DNA from: Marsupella aquatica
Lineage: Eukaryota > Plantae > Marchantiophyta
Assembly: GCA_973895155.1 (NCBI GenBank)
Contig: OZ316897.1
Location: 13,949,375 to 14,013,374, forward strand
DNA: 64,000 nucleotides
Direction: 5' to 3'
This document shows, one piece after another, positions 13,854 through 25,099 of this stretch. The first letter of the stretch is position 1. Each line of letters begins with the position of its first letter. Made by a program: the position numbers and the translations under genes. The notes under the pieces were generated by a model that saw only the letters and a list, made by a program, of their open reading frames with translations, did not search any database and was not told the DNA's origin.

Positions 13854-14443
13854 GCATTGTACATGCTTCCTTCCACACTTGGTGTTCATGGAATGAGGCC
13901 CCAGGGGTTTTATGCATGTCTGAATCAATCTAAATACTCAGTTTGAACTCGTTTGCGGTGGGTTCTTGGATAATTAACATTGGTTCCTTGAGGCCTATTA
14001 TGAAGACCCTACATTGAATGTTATGAACATTGTTTGATCAATTTGTGATCACTCTTGGCGTGGAGAGTTTTGTTTATCCATTTTTGTTGTTGGACTTTCT
14101 CCACACATGCTTCCTGCCTATGCGCTATGTTAGTTTGGTGTGGGCGTTTGATTCCATAGGAGTGATTTGGGTTTGCAACCGGACACTCTAGTTGTGTTGT
14201 GTATTTCTCTCATGGTGATGTTGGAGTGATGTTCAACACACCATGGTGAGTGCTTGTGGTGTTGGCACGGACAGATTGCCCAATAAGGGTTAGCATATAG
14301 ATAAGATTGATGGCTATGATTTTATGATTGGTCATCACGGATTTTTCTAGTGCTGCGGGGCTACCCGATGGACGACGGACCGGTTTCACTCGGAGTGGGG
14401 TGCAGTTTCAACCAGCCACATTGGTAGCAGTCAACAACACAGT

Positions 14444-14503
14444 CTCGGGGGTCTCACAATATGGATGCCTTCCCATCACTCGCAATATTTTTAGGCCTCG
14501 GAC
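14444..14503. mobile_element. Single end of a CTCGGGGG-TIR MITE
   Basis: CTCGGGGGTCTCAC...TTTTTAGGCCTCGGACCA closely matches the reverse complement of the right end of the MITE at 23997-24290. Confidence 0.7.
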
Positions 14504-17441
14504 CATAAGGTGAGATATCTTTGATTGGATAATAGTGGTGAATACAGTTCCAGGGAATTTGGAACGTATTGTAAGGAGCAGGGGATTACCCGCCATCTCA
14601 TAACAAGTTATACTCCTCAGCAGAATGGTGTTTTTGAGAGACTCAACCAAACACTATTGGACCGCTCGAGGAGTATGTTGAGTCAATCATGCTTACCACA
14701 TGAGTTTTTGGCTGCAGCTGTCAACACTGCAGCTTATTTGGTAAATTTTTCTCCATCCAGTTCTATTGGATTCAAGATGCCATTTGAAATGAGGTACGAG
14801 CGTCCAGCAGATTATTCACATCTGAGGATTTTTGGATGTGATGTTTATGTGCTTACACCTTCCTAGCTTCGATCCAAGCTGGAGTCCAAGTCGAAGAAGT
14901 GCATTTTCCTTGGCTATCAAAAATGTGTGAAGGGTTATAGGTTATGGAATCCAGTAACCTGTAAACTAATTGTCAGTAGAGATGTGTCCTTTAATGAATC
15001 CAAATCATCAAAGGAGGGGGAGAGTTCTCAGGACTCCCATACTGACAAGGAAAAATCTCCCATCCCGGACCAGGTTGAGGGGGAGATTAGCTATGATGTT
15101 GTTCATGACAAGAGAGATGGAGAAGCTCCGGGCATGGAGCTGGTTCCTGGGATGGAACAAGAGGAGCAGATTGTTGCTGGGGTACCTCAAATTCAGCCAG
15201 CAGCAGTAGCAGATCAACCTGAGTCATCTACTAGAAGAACTTCTAGTCGTTCTACTAGAGCTCCTACCAGGTATGGTCAATGGGCAGACTCATCTAAGCT
15301 AGATGATATTGACATTGCACGTGATGAAGATGATATGGCTTTGATCTTAGAAGAAGGAGAGTCTTCTTCGTACGGTGAGGCTTGTGCTTCAGAGCAAAAG
15401 CATGAGTGGAATACAACAATGTAGAGGGAGTTGCAATCTTTGAGTGACAACAAGACATGGGAGCTGGTGGAGCTTCCAAAAGGTCAGCAAGTGGTGGACA
15501 ACAAGTGGATTTACAAGTTGAAGGACAGTCCTTCAGAGGGTGGAGATAAGATCTACAAGGCACAGCTTGTTGCCAAGGGATTCACTTAGGAGAAAGGAGT
15601 GGATTATAATGAGGTCTTTTCATCGGTGACTAAGTATTTCACAATTTGGATCTTATGTCAGCTTGTTGTGTTTTTTTAATCTGGTGATGGATCAGATGGA
15701 TGTTGTTACTGCTTGTCTCTATGGCAACTTGGAAGATATGACCTTCATGAGACAACCGCTAGGCCTTAGTATGCAGATTGCTCAAGTCCTTGTATGGATT
15801 GAAGGAATCTCCCAGACAGTGGAACAAGCGGTTTGATGATTTCATGTTTGCTCAAGGTTTTACAAGGATCAGGTGTGTATACGAAATCAGTCAAGAATGA
15901 TGTATTTGGTTTCATCATTATGGTGATCTATATGGATGACATGCTGATTGTGGCTAAAGATCAATTTGAGGTTGACAGTCTCAAGGCAAAATTGAGTGTT
16001 GAATTCAGGATAAAGGATCTTGGTAAGGCCAAGAGAATCTTAGGGATGGAGATTTTTAGGAACTTTGGTACTGGACAGTTGTGCTTGAGTCAAGGCCAGT
16101 ATGCAAGGAAAGTACTTGCACGATTCAACATGGAGAACTGTAAGCCAGTGAGTATTACTTTAGCTTCACATTTCAAGTTATCATCGGCTTTCTCTCCTAC
16201 GGATGCTCTAGAGAAAGGTCTGATGGCTAAGATTCGTTATGAGAAGGCAGTAGGCAGTCTGATGTATTTGATGACTTGTACTAGGCCTGACTTGGCCCTA
16301 ACGATGGGCAAGGTTAGCAGATTCATGTCAAATCCAGGGAAGATACACTAGGAAGCTGTGAAGTGGATTCTTGATCAGATATCTAAAGGGAACACAGGAC
16401 TATGGATTACTGTTTGATAATAGATCAAATAGAAGGTTAGTTGGCTATGTAGATTCTAACTATGGAGGCTGTCTGGACACAAGGAGGTCTACAACTGGGT
16501 TTGTTTTTACTCTTGGAGGAGGATGTATCAGTTGGAAATCTACCTTGCAAAAGTGTATATCTCAGTCTACTACAGAAGCAGAGTATGTTGCAACAGCAGA
16601 AGCAACAAAGGAAGCAATTTGGTTGGACAAGTTGATAGCGGAGATGGGTTTAGAGCATGGCAAAATGACTCTAAACTGTGATAGTCAGAGTGCTCTTCAC
16701 TTGGCTGCTAACCAGGTGATGGATAGTAGGGTGAAGCACATTGATATCAAGTACCATTTTATCAGGCAAACAATGTCTGATAAAACTTTTGAGCTAGTCA
16801 AGATTGATGGAAAGCTCAATCCCGCTGATGTCTTTACCAAAGTGATTCCTTTGGAGAATTTCTCAAGACACGGTGCTACTTTGCAGGTTTTGCAGTTGTA
16901 GTACAAGTAGAGTTATGTAGCAATGTGTGACTATTTGTATATGGATTACTCATTCCTGTTTGGCTACGGCTTAGTTTTAGTTAACCCTTGTGGTTTTTAG
17001 GGGGAGACTTGGTTTGGTGATTGTCTAGAACTTCCCGCAGAGGATTCCATATGGTAGCATTTAGTCCAGTCCCCAAGATAAGAATCAAGGGGGAGTTTGT
17101 TAGATATTGCTCTAGTCTTGTGACTCATGAGCTAACCACAGTTAGTCCAACTCGGGTTAGGACTTAGCTATTGTTAGCGATAGTGCTGTTGTGTATTAAG
17201 CCAGGGCTGATGCCAGACCCTGGTGGAACTTAGGCTCATTGTTACGGAGCTAGTTGAGAGATAGGGAGAGCTTGTGTTGTGGATGCTTGGTATGGCCGGT
17301 CGGCCTAGAGTGCAGTAAAGCTCTTGTGTGTTCCCATGGACGTCGCCTCATATGGAGGTGAACCACGTATCTCTCTATGTCGACTATTGTGCGTTGGATG
17401 GTTTATAGGCTTGCCGTTGCAAATGTCGTCTATGCTCAACA
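14504..17441 (+). mobile_element. 5'-truncated, decayed Ty1/copia element (integrase core, RT, RNase H, PPT, 3' LTR)
   Basis: LDNSGEY...TPQQNGVFER..LRIFGC (integrase); YKAQLVAKGF, SLYGLKESPRQW, IYMDDMLI (RT); GYVDSNYGGCLDTRRSTTG, STTEAEY, KHIDIKYHFIR (RNase H). INT-RT-RH order; stops and frameshifts. Confidence 0.95.
17098..17441 (+). repeat. 3' LTR of the copia element (344 bp)
   Basis: Preceded by PPT AAGGGGGAG (17087-17095); TGTTAG...TCAACA termini; no 5' partner in the window. Confidence 0.7.
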
Positions 17442-17579
17442 GACCTGTATCTATTGACTTTGCCCATCCCTAGGGCAATATCTAGCTATTGCATGCAGAT
17501 CATAAGAAACATGAGAGGGACTACTCCTTGCTCATCACTCAAGGATTTTTGACATCAATCCCTCGCCACAACATCAACT

Positions 17580-17757
17580 GGACACTATGGAGAGGATAAT
17601 TAACTTACAATGAGATCATGCCAATTGGTACTTCTAGCCTTGCAACCCTTCATGTTGAAGCTTGCAAGCTTCTTACTCACATAATTGCCCTGCGTTAACC
17701 TTTCCAAGTCCCTATGCATCTCCGTACCCAAAATATTATTGGTTGCGCCTAGATCTT
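17580..17757 (-). mobile_element. Ty1/copia RT fragment (downstream half), target of the gypsy insertion
   Basis: Minus strand reads DLGATNNILGTEMHRDL..LTQGNYVSKKLASFNMKGCK; joins 27156-27340 in frame as KMKDLG once the gypsy and one TCTT copy are removed. Confidence 0.8.
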
Positions 17758-18086
17758 TGTCACACCATTCTAGGTAGTGTTAGAGTGTATCGTACTATCT
17801 AGATCCGTATGTTTGGTATGTGTGCTATATGAGCCAGTAAGGTTATGTTAGGTTTGTGTGAGAGGGTAGTTCTCTCTTGTGAGGCATTGAAAGGTTATCT
17901 TTCAATGTTGAGCCTTGGAGAGAGGAGCTTATGTGGTAGCTATGATGGCTGAGAGCTCTCTCTCTATGTAGCGTGAATTCCTTGAGTGCAAGGTGCGTTG
18001 GCTCGACATACGTGTGTGATCGGATTGGATGGGATTGAGTGCGTATTATTATTGTCGATTGTTGTTTGGATTCTACTAGGATTACA
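17758..18086 (+). repeat. 5' terminal repeat, B segment (distal part of the LTR)
   Basis: Direct repeat of 26685-27014; starts TGTCACACC, ends GGATTACA; contains hairpin CATTGAAAG-GTTAT-CTTTCAATG. Confidence 0.9.
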
Positions 18087-18095
18087 TTGAAAGAT
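18087..18095 (+). promoter_or_regulatory. Putative self-priming primer-binding site
   Basis: ACATTGAAAGAT (18084-18095) is the exact reverse complement of ATCTTTCAATGT (17897-17908) inside the LTR; there is no TGG-type tRNA PBS. Confidence 0.65.
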
Positions 18096-18829
18096 CAGGC
18101 ACCAAATTCTGCTATGCGGATTGTGCAAACAAAAGTTTGTTTCATGTTGATTGAGTTGGCAACGGTTTATGGAAATCATTTGAATTTGTTGTGTGGATCC
18201 GTGGTAGCTTGGATCGCATTGAGTAGATCGTTAGTCTTTCAATCTGCTACAATCTGTATTTTGTTGTTGGGTTGGCAAATGCGGGTTGTTTTGAGAAGAG
18301 AGATCGCAGATCATTGGAAATCATAGATTGCTCAATGTTTTGCCAGATTTTTAAGGAGATAGTGTGTCGATCTGGGACCAGTGCTGCCATTTTGACGGAC
18401 AATATGTTGTTATCCGCGTTTTTATGAAGAAAATTTCTGCTGCTGAGTGCGAATGTTGATAGATCGGGCCCACCTGAACCGTATTCGACTCCAAAATTGC
18501 AAGATCTATTTTTGTTGCGGACCGATTGCTGCATAGTCAACGCCGGATCAACTATGTGCCGGATCTATGATTTTTGTGAAGGAAAAGAGGACCAAACGTT
18601 GTAGTTTTTGCCGTCAACAGTAGGCCGATTGAACCCCGCGTTTGTGCGCTAAAAGTTGCAGTTTTGTTGACTCGACGATACCTACATCGTCGTCATGATC
18701 TTCAGTGATTTTGATGAGGACTTTGTGACCAGTTCTCCTCGTCATCAGGTGATTGCACCTTTGTTGTGGGATGTGGAAGAGATGTACGAGGCTACAAAGA
18801 GCCAACGACGATACTCTGGTGCAATTGGC

Positions 18830-19810
18830 ACAATTGATCTGGATGACTTTATCTAGGAGTTTGATACGTGATGCGATATGCAGACATTGCGTAACACCAC
18901 GTTATTTACCCTTTTCATGGCATGGAAGGGATTATTTTAGCATTTGGAGGGGTCACCCATGGATGACTACCATGAGTTTCAGAAGGCTCATTTGGTTGAA
19001 ATTGAAGCATGGAGACAACATTGGTCGCCTAATTACGTGTCCATCACCTATGGCACTAGTGCGGCTACCTAACCCATTGCCACAACTGCTACTTCTTCTA
19101 GCACTACTAGCCAGAGTGGCACACCATCCACTAGTAGCACTCTAGCAGCATTCATCGCTACTCCTACTGGTGCGATTCTGGCAGGGGCTGGAGCTGCGCC
19201 AACATTTAACCCTGTGGTGGATTTCTTTGAGGTATTGAAGCAGAACTATCAGGGTGTGAGAATATATAAGCTGAAGGGTCTCCAGGAGTTTGAGCCCACG
19301 ACTGGAGAGAGTCTACGTGAGGCATACACTCGTATGCGCAAATTGATCACTATCACCAAGAGAGTGACAGAGACTCAGGCAGTCCAATTTTGGTATGCAA
19401 TTCTGGACAGAGAATTGCGACGCAAAGTGAGAGATGTCACTCTACTTAGGGATGCAGATCCCACGTTGGCAATTGTTTTCACACTTTCTAAGCGCATTGA
19501 GTTCAATATGGTGAATGAGAAAGTGGTGACTTCCGGATTTTCCAAGCCAGGAAGCATCAAAGGCTGCATCTACACCCACATCACAGCCTACTACACGTAA
19601 GAGCCAAAGGAAGAAGCCCACTACACAGAAATCTACCAGTTAGAGACCTGTGTCTTCCTATGCTGGGCAACAATCAGGATGTTGGACCTGTGGTGGGGAT
19701 AATGCACAACAATATTGCCCTAATCATAGAGGGCCATAAGGGGCCTCAACACTTGATTAACAAAAGTGTGACCATTGTGGAGCTCCTAGACACACCAAGG
19801 ATAGGTGTTT
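18830..19810 (+). pseudogene. Gag with CCHC zinc knuckle
   Basis: LKQNYQGVRIYKLKGLQEF...GESLREAYTRMRKL (retrotransposon gag-like); CDHCGAPRHTKDRC = CX2CX4HX4C at 19767-19808; a degenerate knuckle CWTCGG at 19680. Confidence 0.8.
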
Positions 19811-20699
19811 CTCACTCCATCATGAGTTACGGAGAGGAGGACAACGCATACATGATTAGGAAAGAGGAGGTAGAGGTGGTGATCGTGGCCGAGGTATGCC
19901 ACATGCAGGAAGACAGGGGAGGTGATGTTGCTCCTACTGTGATCACATATCCTAAGGATGCTAAGATTTCTCAATTGGAGCAACAACTAGCTGCTATGAC
20001 TAGTTCTCAAGTGAGGTTTGCTTATGGTGATGGGGCTTCTACATCTCATGGAGCTTCCACATCCTATGGGATTGATGGAGCCCTTGCCACCATGGGATTC
20101 ATGTGTGGCACTGCGGATATTGATGCATCACCAGCTTTGACATGTGGGGCAGCCAAAGCTCTTGAGCCTCGAGGAGCAGTAGTGGAGCTAGATCCACAGA
20201 GGGGGGATGCACGTTGTCAGACAAAGCTTCCTCAATCTTTTACATTGTCAAAGATAGTTTAGATTGTCTCCCGAACTGCCTCTATGAACCCGATTCGGAC
20301 AAACCGTGGTGTGGGTAAGTTGGCAAAATCATAGGATGTTGCAACAGGGATGACAGGTACCTTGTTGGGGGTGGCTACCACCATAGTGCGCACCCCACTA
20401 TCTTCAACAACATATATGCTGACATTGGAGGTTGGTCTAGCTAATGTGTTTAGATTAGCAGCCAAATTATGCGAGGATACTCCAGTTTTGGCTTTTCATG
20501 CAAAGGCAACATGCAGTTATGGAGCAGCGGAGTTGACACCACCTACTGCTATTAGTCAGACATGGCATGCAATAGTGGAAAAGTTGATGGATTTGTTAGC
20601 ACGCCCTGCATTTGAGAGGATTAGGTTTAAACCTAGCGTTGTGTCATTGGATAATTGATATCTTTTGATTAGTTGGGCCTACTAGAGCAGTATACCAGC

Positions 20700-21330
20700 C
20701 AAAGAGAGTGTTACTGGATACTGGTGCCCAGCCCTTAATGTTGGGTAAGTCTGTAGTACGAGGATTGGGATTGCATCCAGATGATCTCGAGGAATGTCCC
20801 TTTCCTATCCAGACTTCATTGGGGGGACCTACACCCACACAACCCGGGGTCCTCACTTCTTTTCTTCCTACCCATCACGCGCGAATAAGTATAGGGTTTT
20901 TTTATTGGGTTTAGTGAAATACTTTTAAATTTTTGTTGAAGAACATTAGGGTTATTTTAATCCAATTTTGAGAATTATAATAATCATAGGGTTTTTTAAA
21001 ATCAAATATGGGAATATTATTGGAATATTCCATTAAGTTAGGGGTAAAAAAATTCCTAAAAAAAACTTTATTGACTTAACTTTTAGGGTGTTTATTCTCC
21101 CAAAACTTCGAGCGTGATATGGGACACCCCTTGGATTGGGGCCCCCGAGCCACACAACACATCACCAGACAACCACTTGACTTGCGAATTCAAGAGGGTC
21201 ATGCAAAGGATAGCTCTCACATACAAACGTGAGCTATTTTGACTAAGGCAGAGTCCTATGATGTGTTGGTGGGATGTACGATGCTTTATCCCATGGGATT
21301 CATCCTTGATTTTTGGGATGAATCAGTTTT
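20700..21330 (+). pseudogene. Aspartic protease, split by a MITE
   Basis: VLLDTGAQ (DTG at 20717-20725), IQTSLGG flap, and YDVLVG after the insertion. Confidence 0.85.
20843..21149. mobile_element. MITE (307 bp), 8-bp TSD, hAT-like
   Basis: TSD CCACACAA (20835-20842, 21150-21157); imperfect TIRs CCCGGGGTCCTCACT / ATTGGGGCCCCCGAG; AT-rich interior. Confidence 0.88.
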
Positions 21331-21735
21331 CTATCAACCTGCTTGGCATCTGGAGATGCTAGATTGAGTAGATTGCCAGTGCGATTTAGTGGACCTATGG
21401 GGGGCCCTAAACCCGCACCATTATCTTTGGCAATATTCATTGGTATGATCACTGATCCTGATGATTTGATTGAGGGCAACGCACATGCAGCAGATATTCC
21501 AGCAGTGGAGCAGTCACATGAGGAGAAGGTCATGTGTGGGTTACCTATTGGTAGTGTTGTGCCACTAGTGTGGGGCACTAGCCAGGCCTTGCCACAAATA
21601 GCAGCACGATTGGTACATGATGCATGGCGTCATGCTTTTACACCATAGCTAGGAGCATAGTAGTCTCCTACAGGTGGGCCAGTGACTCTTTCACCATTGG
21701 ATGCCACTCCCATTGCATGACAATATCCACCATAG

Positions 21736-22690
21736 GGTATTTGTTTGTTGGATTTATTTGCTGGGATTAGCACTAGATTGGCTGTTGTTTTTCAGGTAGG
21801 AATTCCAATGCATCGTTACTTGTATGTGGAGACAGATGAGACAACATGAAGAGTCTCATTGCACCATGTGGCTATGTTGGTGGATTGTTATCCACAGTTA
21901 TTGCCAGTGGATGTTGTTTGTGACTATCAACATGCACTACTTATTGATATTTTACTGCTGCCCAGGGTGGATCATTTGGATTGCGTTGGCCCTATTGATT
22001 TGGTGATTGCTAGTTGACCATGTTAGGGCCAATCTAGAGCTGGAGTTGGACATGTACTTCATGATTTGCATTGTTTTGGGAGATATTACGGGTGTTACGT
22101 CATCTCTAGTTGCATCAGACACAGTCTCCAGCCTACATTTTGGAGTATGTGTCACTCTCGGGTGATCATCATCAACGGATTGTTGCTAGTGTTCATCAGG
22201 TGAGGTCTTGGACCTGCTGTGTTATTGGATGTTGTACGTGTGGATTCTTGTGCACATTGTCCACGTTTGTGGTGGACTAATTTGTTACCAGGTGAGGTGT
22301 TGAAGTGAGCATTTAAAAACATTCCTCGCTTGCCAGCCTTGGTAGTAGATGATATTTTGGATCCAGGGTGTTGTTCACAGGGTGTGACCTAGCCTAACAG
22401 ATCTCCATTGGCCATAGTCAATGTGGTTGGGCGTCCACATTGTGCATTACCCACTTTTGTGAGTCACTCTACTTCATATGCTTTCAGTGCATATGGCCCT
22501 GGACTTGTGTGGGATACAGCTCTACGATAGTTAGTAGAGCCCACTGTTGATGAGAGACAACGAGCCATGGGGTTCTCCACAGGTACAACTGTTGTTGCAT
22601 CTGTGTCAAAGAGTTCATGCCGCCAGGTCCTTGGCCAAGCCATGGATTTGAATTGTTTGACTTGGATTGTCAGCTTGGGAGTAGCAGAGC
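21736..22690 (+). pseudogene. DNMT3-like C5-cytosine DNA methyltransferase domain inside the gypsy pol
   Basis: Motif I LLDLFAGIST (21745) followed by GIPMHRYLYVETDE; motif IV GPIDLVIAS*PC*G (PC at 22018-22023); motif VI YILEYV (ENV position, ~22140); motif VIII LLD..RVDSCAHCPRLWWTNL (~22225-22284); IX-X ERQRAMGF...RQVLGQAMDLNCL (~22550-22660). Order and spacing match the DNMT3 catalytic domain. Confidence 0.85.
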
Positions 22691-23049
22691 AGTTTTGGAT
22701 GCGCTTTGCTGGTGTTACAGATCGTCCATTGGTAGCTTGCGGCCTATTGAGACAGTAGTGGCCACAGCTAGGAGCGAGCAGACAGTCCATGGACCTATGG
22801 CAGGATTGGCCAAGGCTGGACAGATTGTTGAGCAAGAAGGGACTGCTCAAACTAGCAATCATCGGCTATCTTCTTCTACCCTACAAAAAGATATTAGGGA
22901 TTTGGTGGAGAGTTGGGAGCCATAGATTGGTCCTAAGTTAACAAGGGAGGAGAGACGTCGCATGCATCGATTCCTAAAGGAGTTACTAGAATTTTTTTGC
23001 ATTCAACATGAAGGATTGGGGACATTGAAGGGCCCTGACATTCATTTTG

Positions 23050-23720
23050 AATTGGCTAGTGATGCCCCAATCTTTCTAGATCATACTGTTACAATGACAT
23101 GGAGAGAGCTTTGATTCGGAGCAGAACTCAGGATTTGTTGGAGGCTGGTTTGGTGGAGATCTCATACGAGGAGTATGCATCTGCCATAGTGATGCCAGCC
23201 AAGAAGGATGTGCATGGTAATTACACGGATAGGCACATGTGTGGTGATTATTGACCTATTAATCGTCAAACAAAATCTGATTGATATGCTATGCCCACAC
23301 TTGAGAAGATCTTTGATGCTATGGGGCATGCAAATTGAAGGTTTTTAGTTCATTGGATCTGAGGGCAGGGTACCATCAGCTTCCAATCAGACATTCTGAC
23401 AGGTCCAAAACAACATTATGGGGAATTGATTTGCATGGCAAAGATCGTTTATATCAGTGGTTGTTCTTACCATTTGGGTTGAAGAATGCACCAGCTGAAT
23501 TCCAGAGAGTCATGGATCAAATTCTTGCAGGTTTGGATTTTGTTAGATGTTACATTGATGATATTTTGGTCTATTCTTCCACTGTGGAAGAACATCAATA
23601 GCACTTGCAGATTGTGTTGGAGAGATTGAGAGAACATGGGTTGAAACTCCATCCTAGCAAGTGTAAGTTTGTCCAAGACCAGATTGAATATTTGGGCCAC
23701 ACTATCTACCCAAGGGGATT
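23050..23720 (+). pseudogene. Gypsy reverse transcriptase
   Basis: SLDLRAGYHQ, LPFGLKNAPAEFQRVM, YIDD (23551-23562), KCKF...YLGH. Confidence 0.95.
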
Positions 23721-23969
23721 GGGTGTGCAACAGACCAAGGTGGAGGCCATAACACAGATTCCTTGTCCTACTGATATGAGTAGAGTTTGTGCATTCTTGG
23801 GATTGGCGAGCTACTACAGGAGGTATGTTAAAGGATTTAGTCAACTTGCTAAACCTTTGACCATACTCACTAAGTTGGATCAAGAGTGGATTTGGGGTGA
23901 TGACCAGGAGCATGCCTTTCAGGAGTTGAAAGAAAGATTGGCATTATCCCCTATTTTGAGAAGACCCAT

Positions 23970-24650
23970 TTCAAGGAGACCATTTCAGCTACACACCTTG
24001 GGGGTTTCACTTCCACAAAATGACATATCACGTGCGACGAAGGATAGGGTCATTTTATTGGTTCTAAGGGAAGACTTAAGAATTTTTGTAGAAGAACAAC
24101 AGGGTCTTTTTAATTCAATTTTGAGACTTATAAGAATATTAGGGTCTTCTAATCCAATTTTTGGAATATTCCAAGAATATTCCAACTTTATAGAGGTTAA
24201 AAAATGAATTTGTTTCTTACATTTTAGGTGGTCCGAGGCCTAAAAACGTCATAGGTGACGGGGAGGTCCCCATATAGTGAGACCCCCGAGCTACACACTG
24301 ATTGGAGTGGAGTAGGGCTTGGAGCAGTGCTAACTCAGAAGGATGATGAGGGGAATGAGTTTGTTGTGGCTTATGCCAGTAGATCAAACAATTCAGCAGA
24401 GGCTAATTATAGCTCTTATGAGGGAGAGTGTTTGGCTGCAGTGTGAACTGTTGCACACTTTCGTTGCTACTTGTTTGGTAACCCCTTCACCTTGGTCACT
24501 GATCATCGGTCTCTCAAGTGCTTAATGGAGTCTAACAAGCTTACAAAGAAGCTTGCACGATGGGCATTGTTGTTACAGGAGTATGATTTCCAGGTTGTGC
24601 ATATGCTTGGAAAAGTGAACTTGCATTGGATGCAGATGGATTGAGTCGCA
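23970..24650 (+). pseudogene. Gypsy RNase H, split by a MITE
   Basis: PFQLHT|[13 protein letters not shown]...[40 protein letters not shown]. Confidence 0.9.
23997..24290. mobile_element. MITE (294 bp), 8-bp TSD, same family as 20843
   Basis: TSD CTACACAC (23989-23996, 24291-24298); TIRs CTTGGGGGTTTCACT / AGTGAGACCCCCGAG; removing it restores LHTDW. Confidence 0.9.
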
Positions 24651-24795
24651 ATCCATGTACCAGTCAAGAGGATAAGACTAGAGCCAGATGGCATGATGAG
24701 TCAGATAAGGAGATGGTGCCAGGATGGCATGCATCTGTCTTCCTTTGTTGGGTTCCAGCATGCAATGGGTCTGTGAACTCTACTTCAATCATTGA

Positions 24796-24943
24796 ATGAA
24801 GTAGATGATGAGTCTACAGATATGGATGTTGGTGAGATTGTGGTTGGACAGCAAAATATTCACAACGATATGAAGTAGATGATGAGTCTACAGATATGGA
24901 TATTGGTGAGATTGTGGTTGGACAGCAGGATATTCACAACGAT
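24796..24943 (+). repeat. 74-bp tandem duplication within pol
   Basis: ATGAAGTAGATGATGAGTC...CACAACGAT occurs at 24796 and 24870. Confidence 0.85.
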
Positions 24944-25099
24944 GAGAGAGTGTTGGAATACCTAGCACTCATTCTATTGGTGGTAGTGTTGATGCCAAGG
25001 AGCGTGACAGGGTTTTGCAAAGAGCCAAGAGGTTTTGATGGGAAGGAAACCATCTTTTGAGAGTACTACGTGATGGTAAGGTATTGGTGGTACCAAAAC

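Larger units (their letters stand above)
9969..14443 (+). mobile_element. 3'-truncated member of the split-LTR gypsy family (B segment, PBS and 5' internal region), interrupted by solo LTR 2; right boundary approximate
   Basis: 9969-10285 matches B segment 17758-18086 (TGTCACACCATTCTA...GATTACA), followed by TCAAAAGAT (PBS equivalent). Internal motifs such as GAAGGAAATGGAGGACCAAA (~10978) match ~18578 of the full element. Confidence 0.7.

Noticed and set aside
7453-13946. Paired similar ORFs (e.g. MLSYDGNVEGRY.., MHKTEVK..) as duplicated genes
   Set aside because: They are incidental frames within the two homologous LTR copies, with stops and frameshifts differing between copies.
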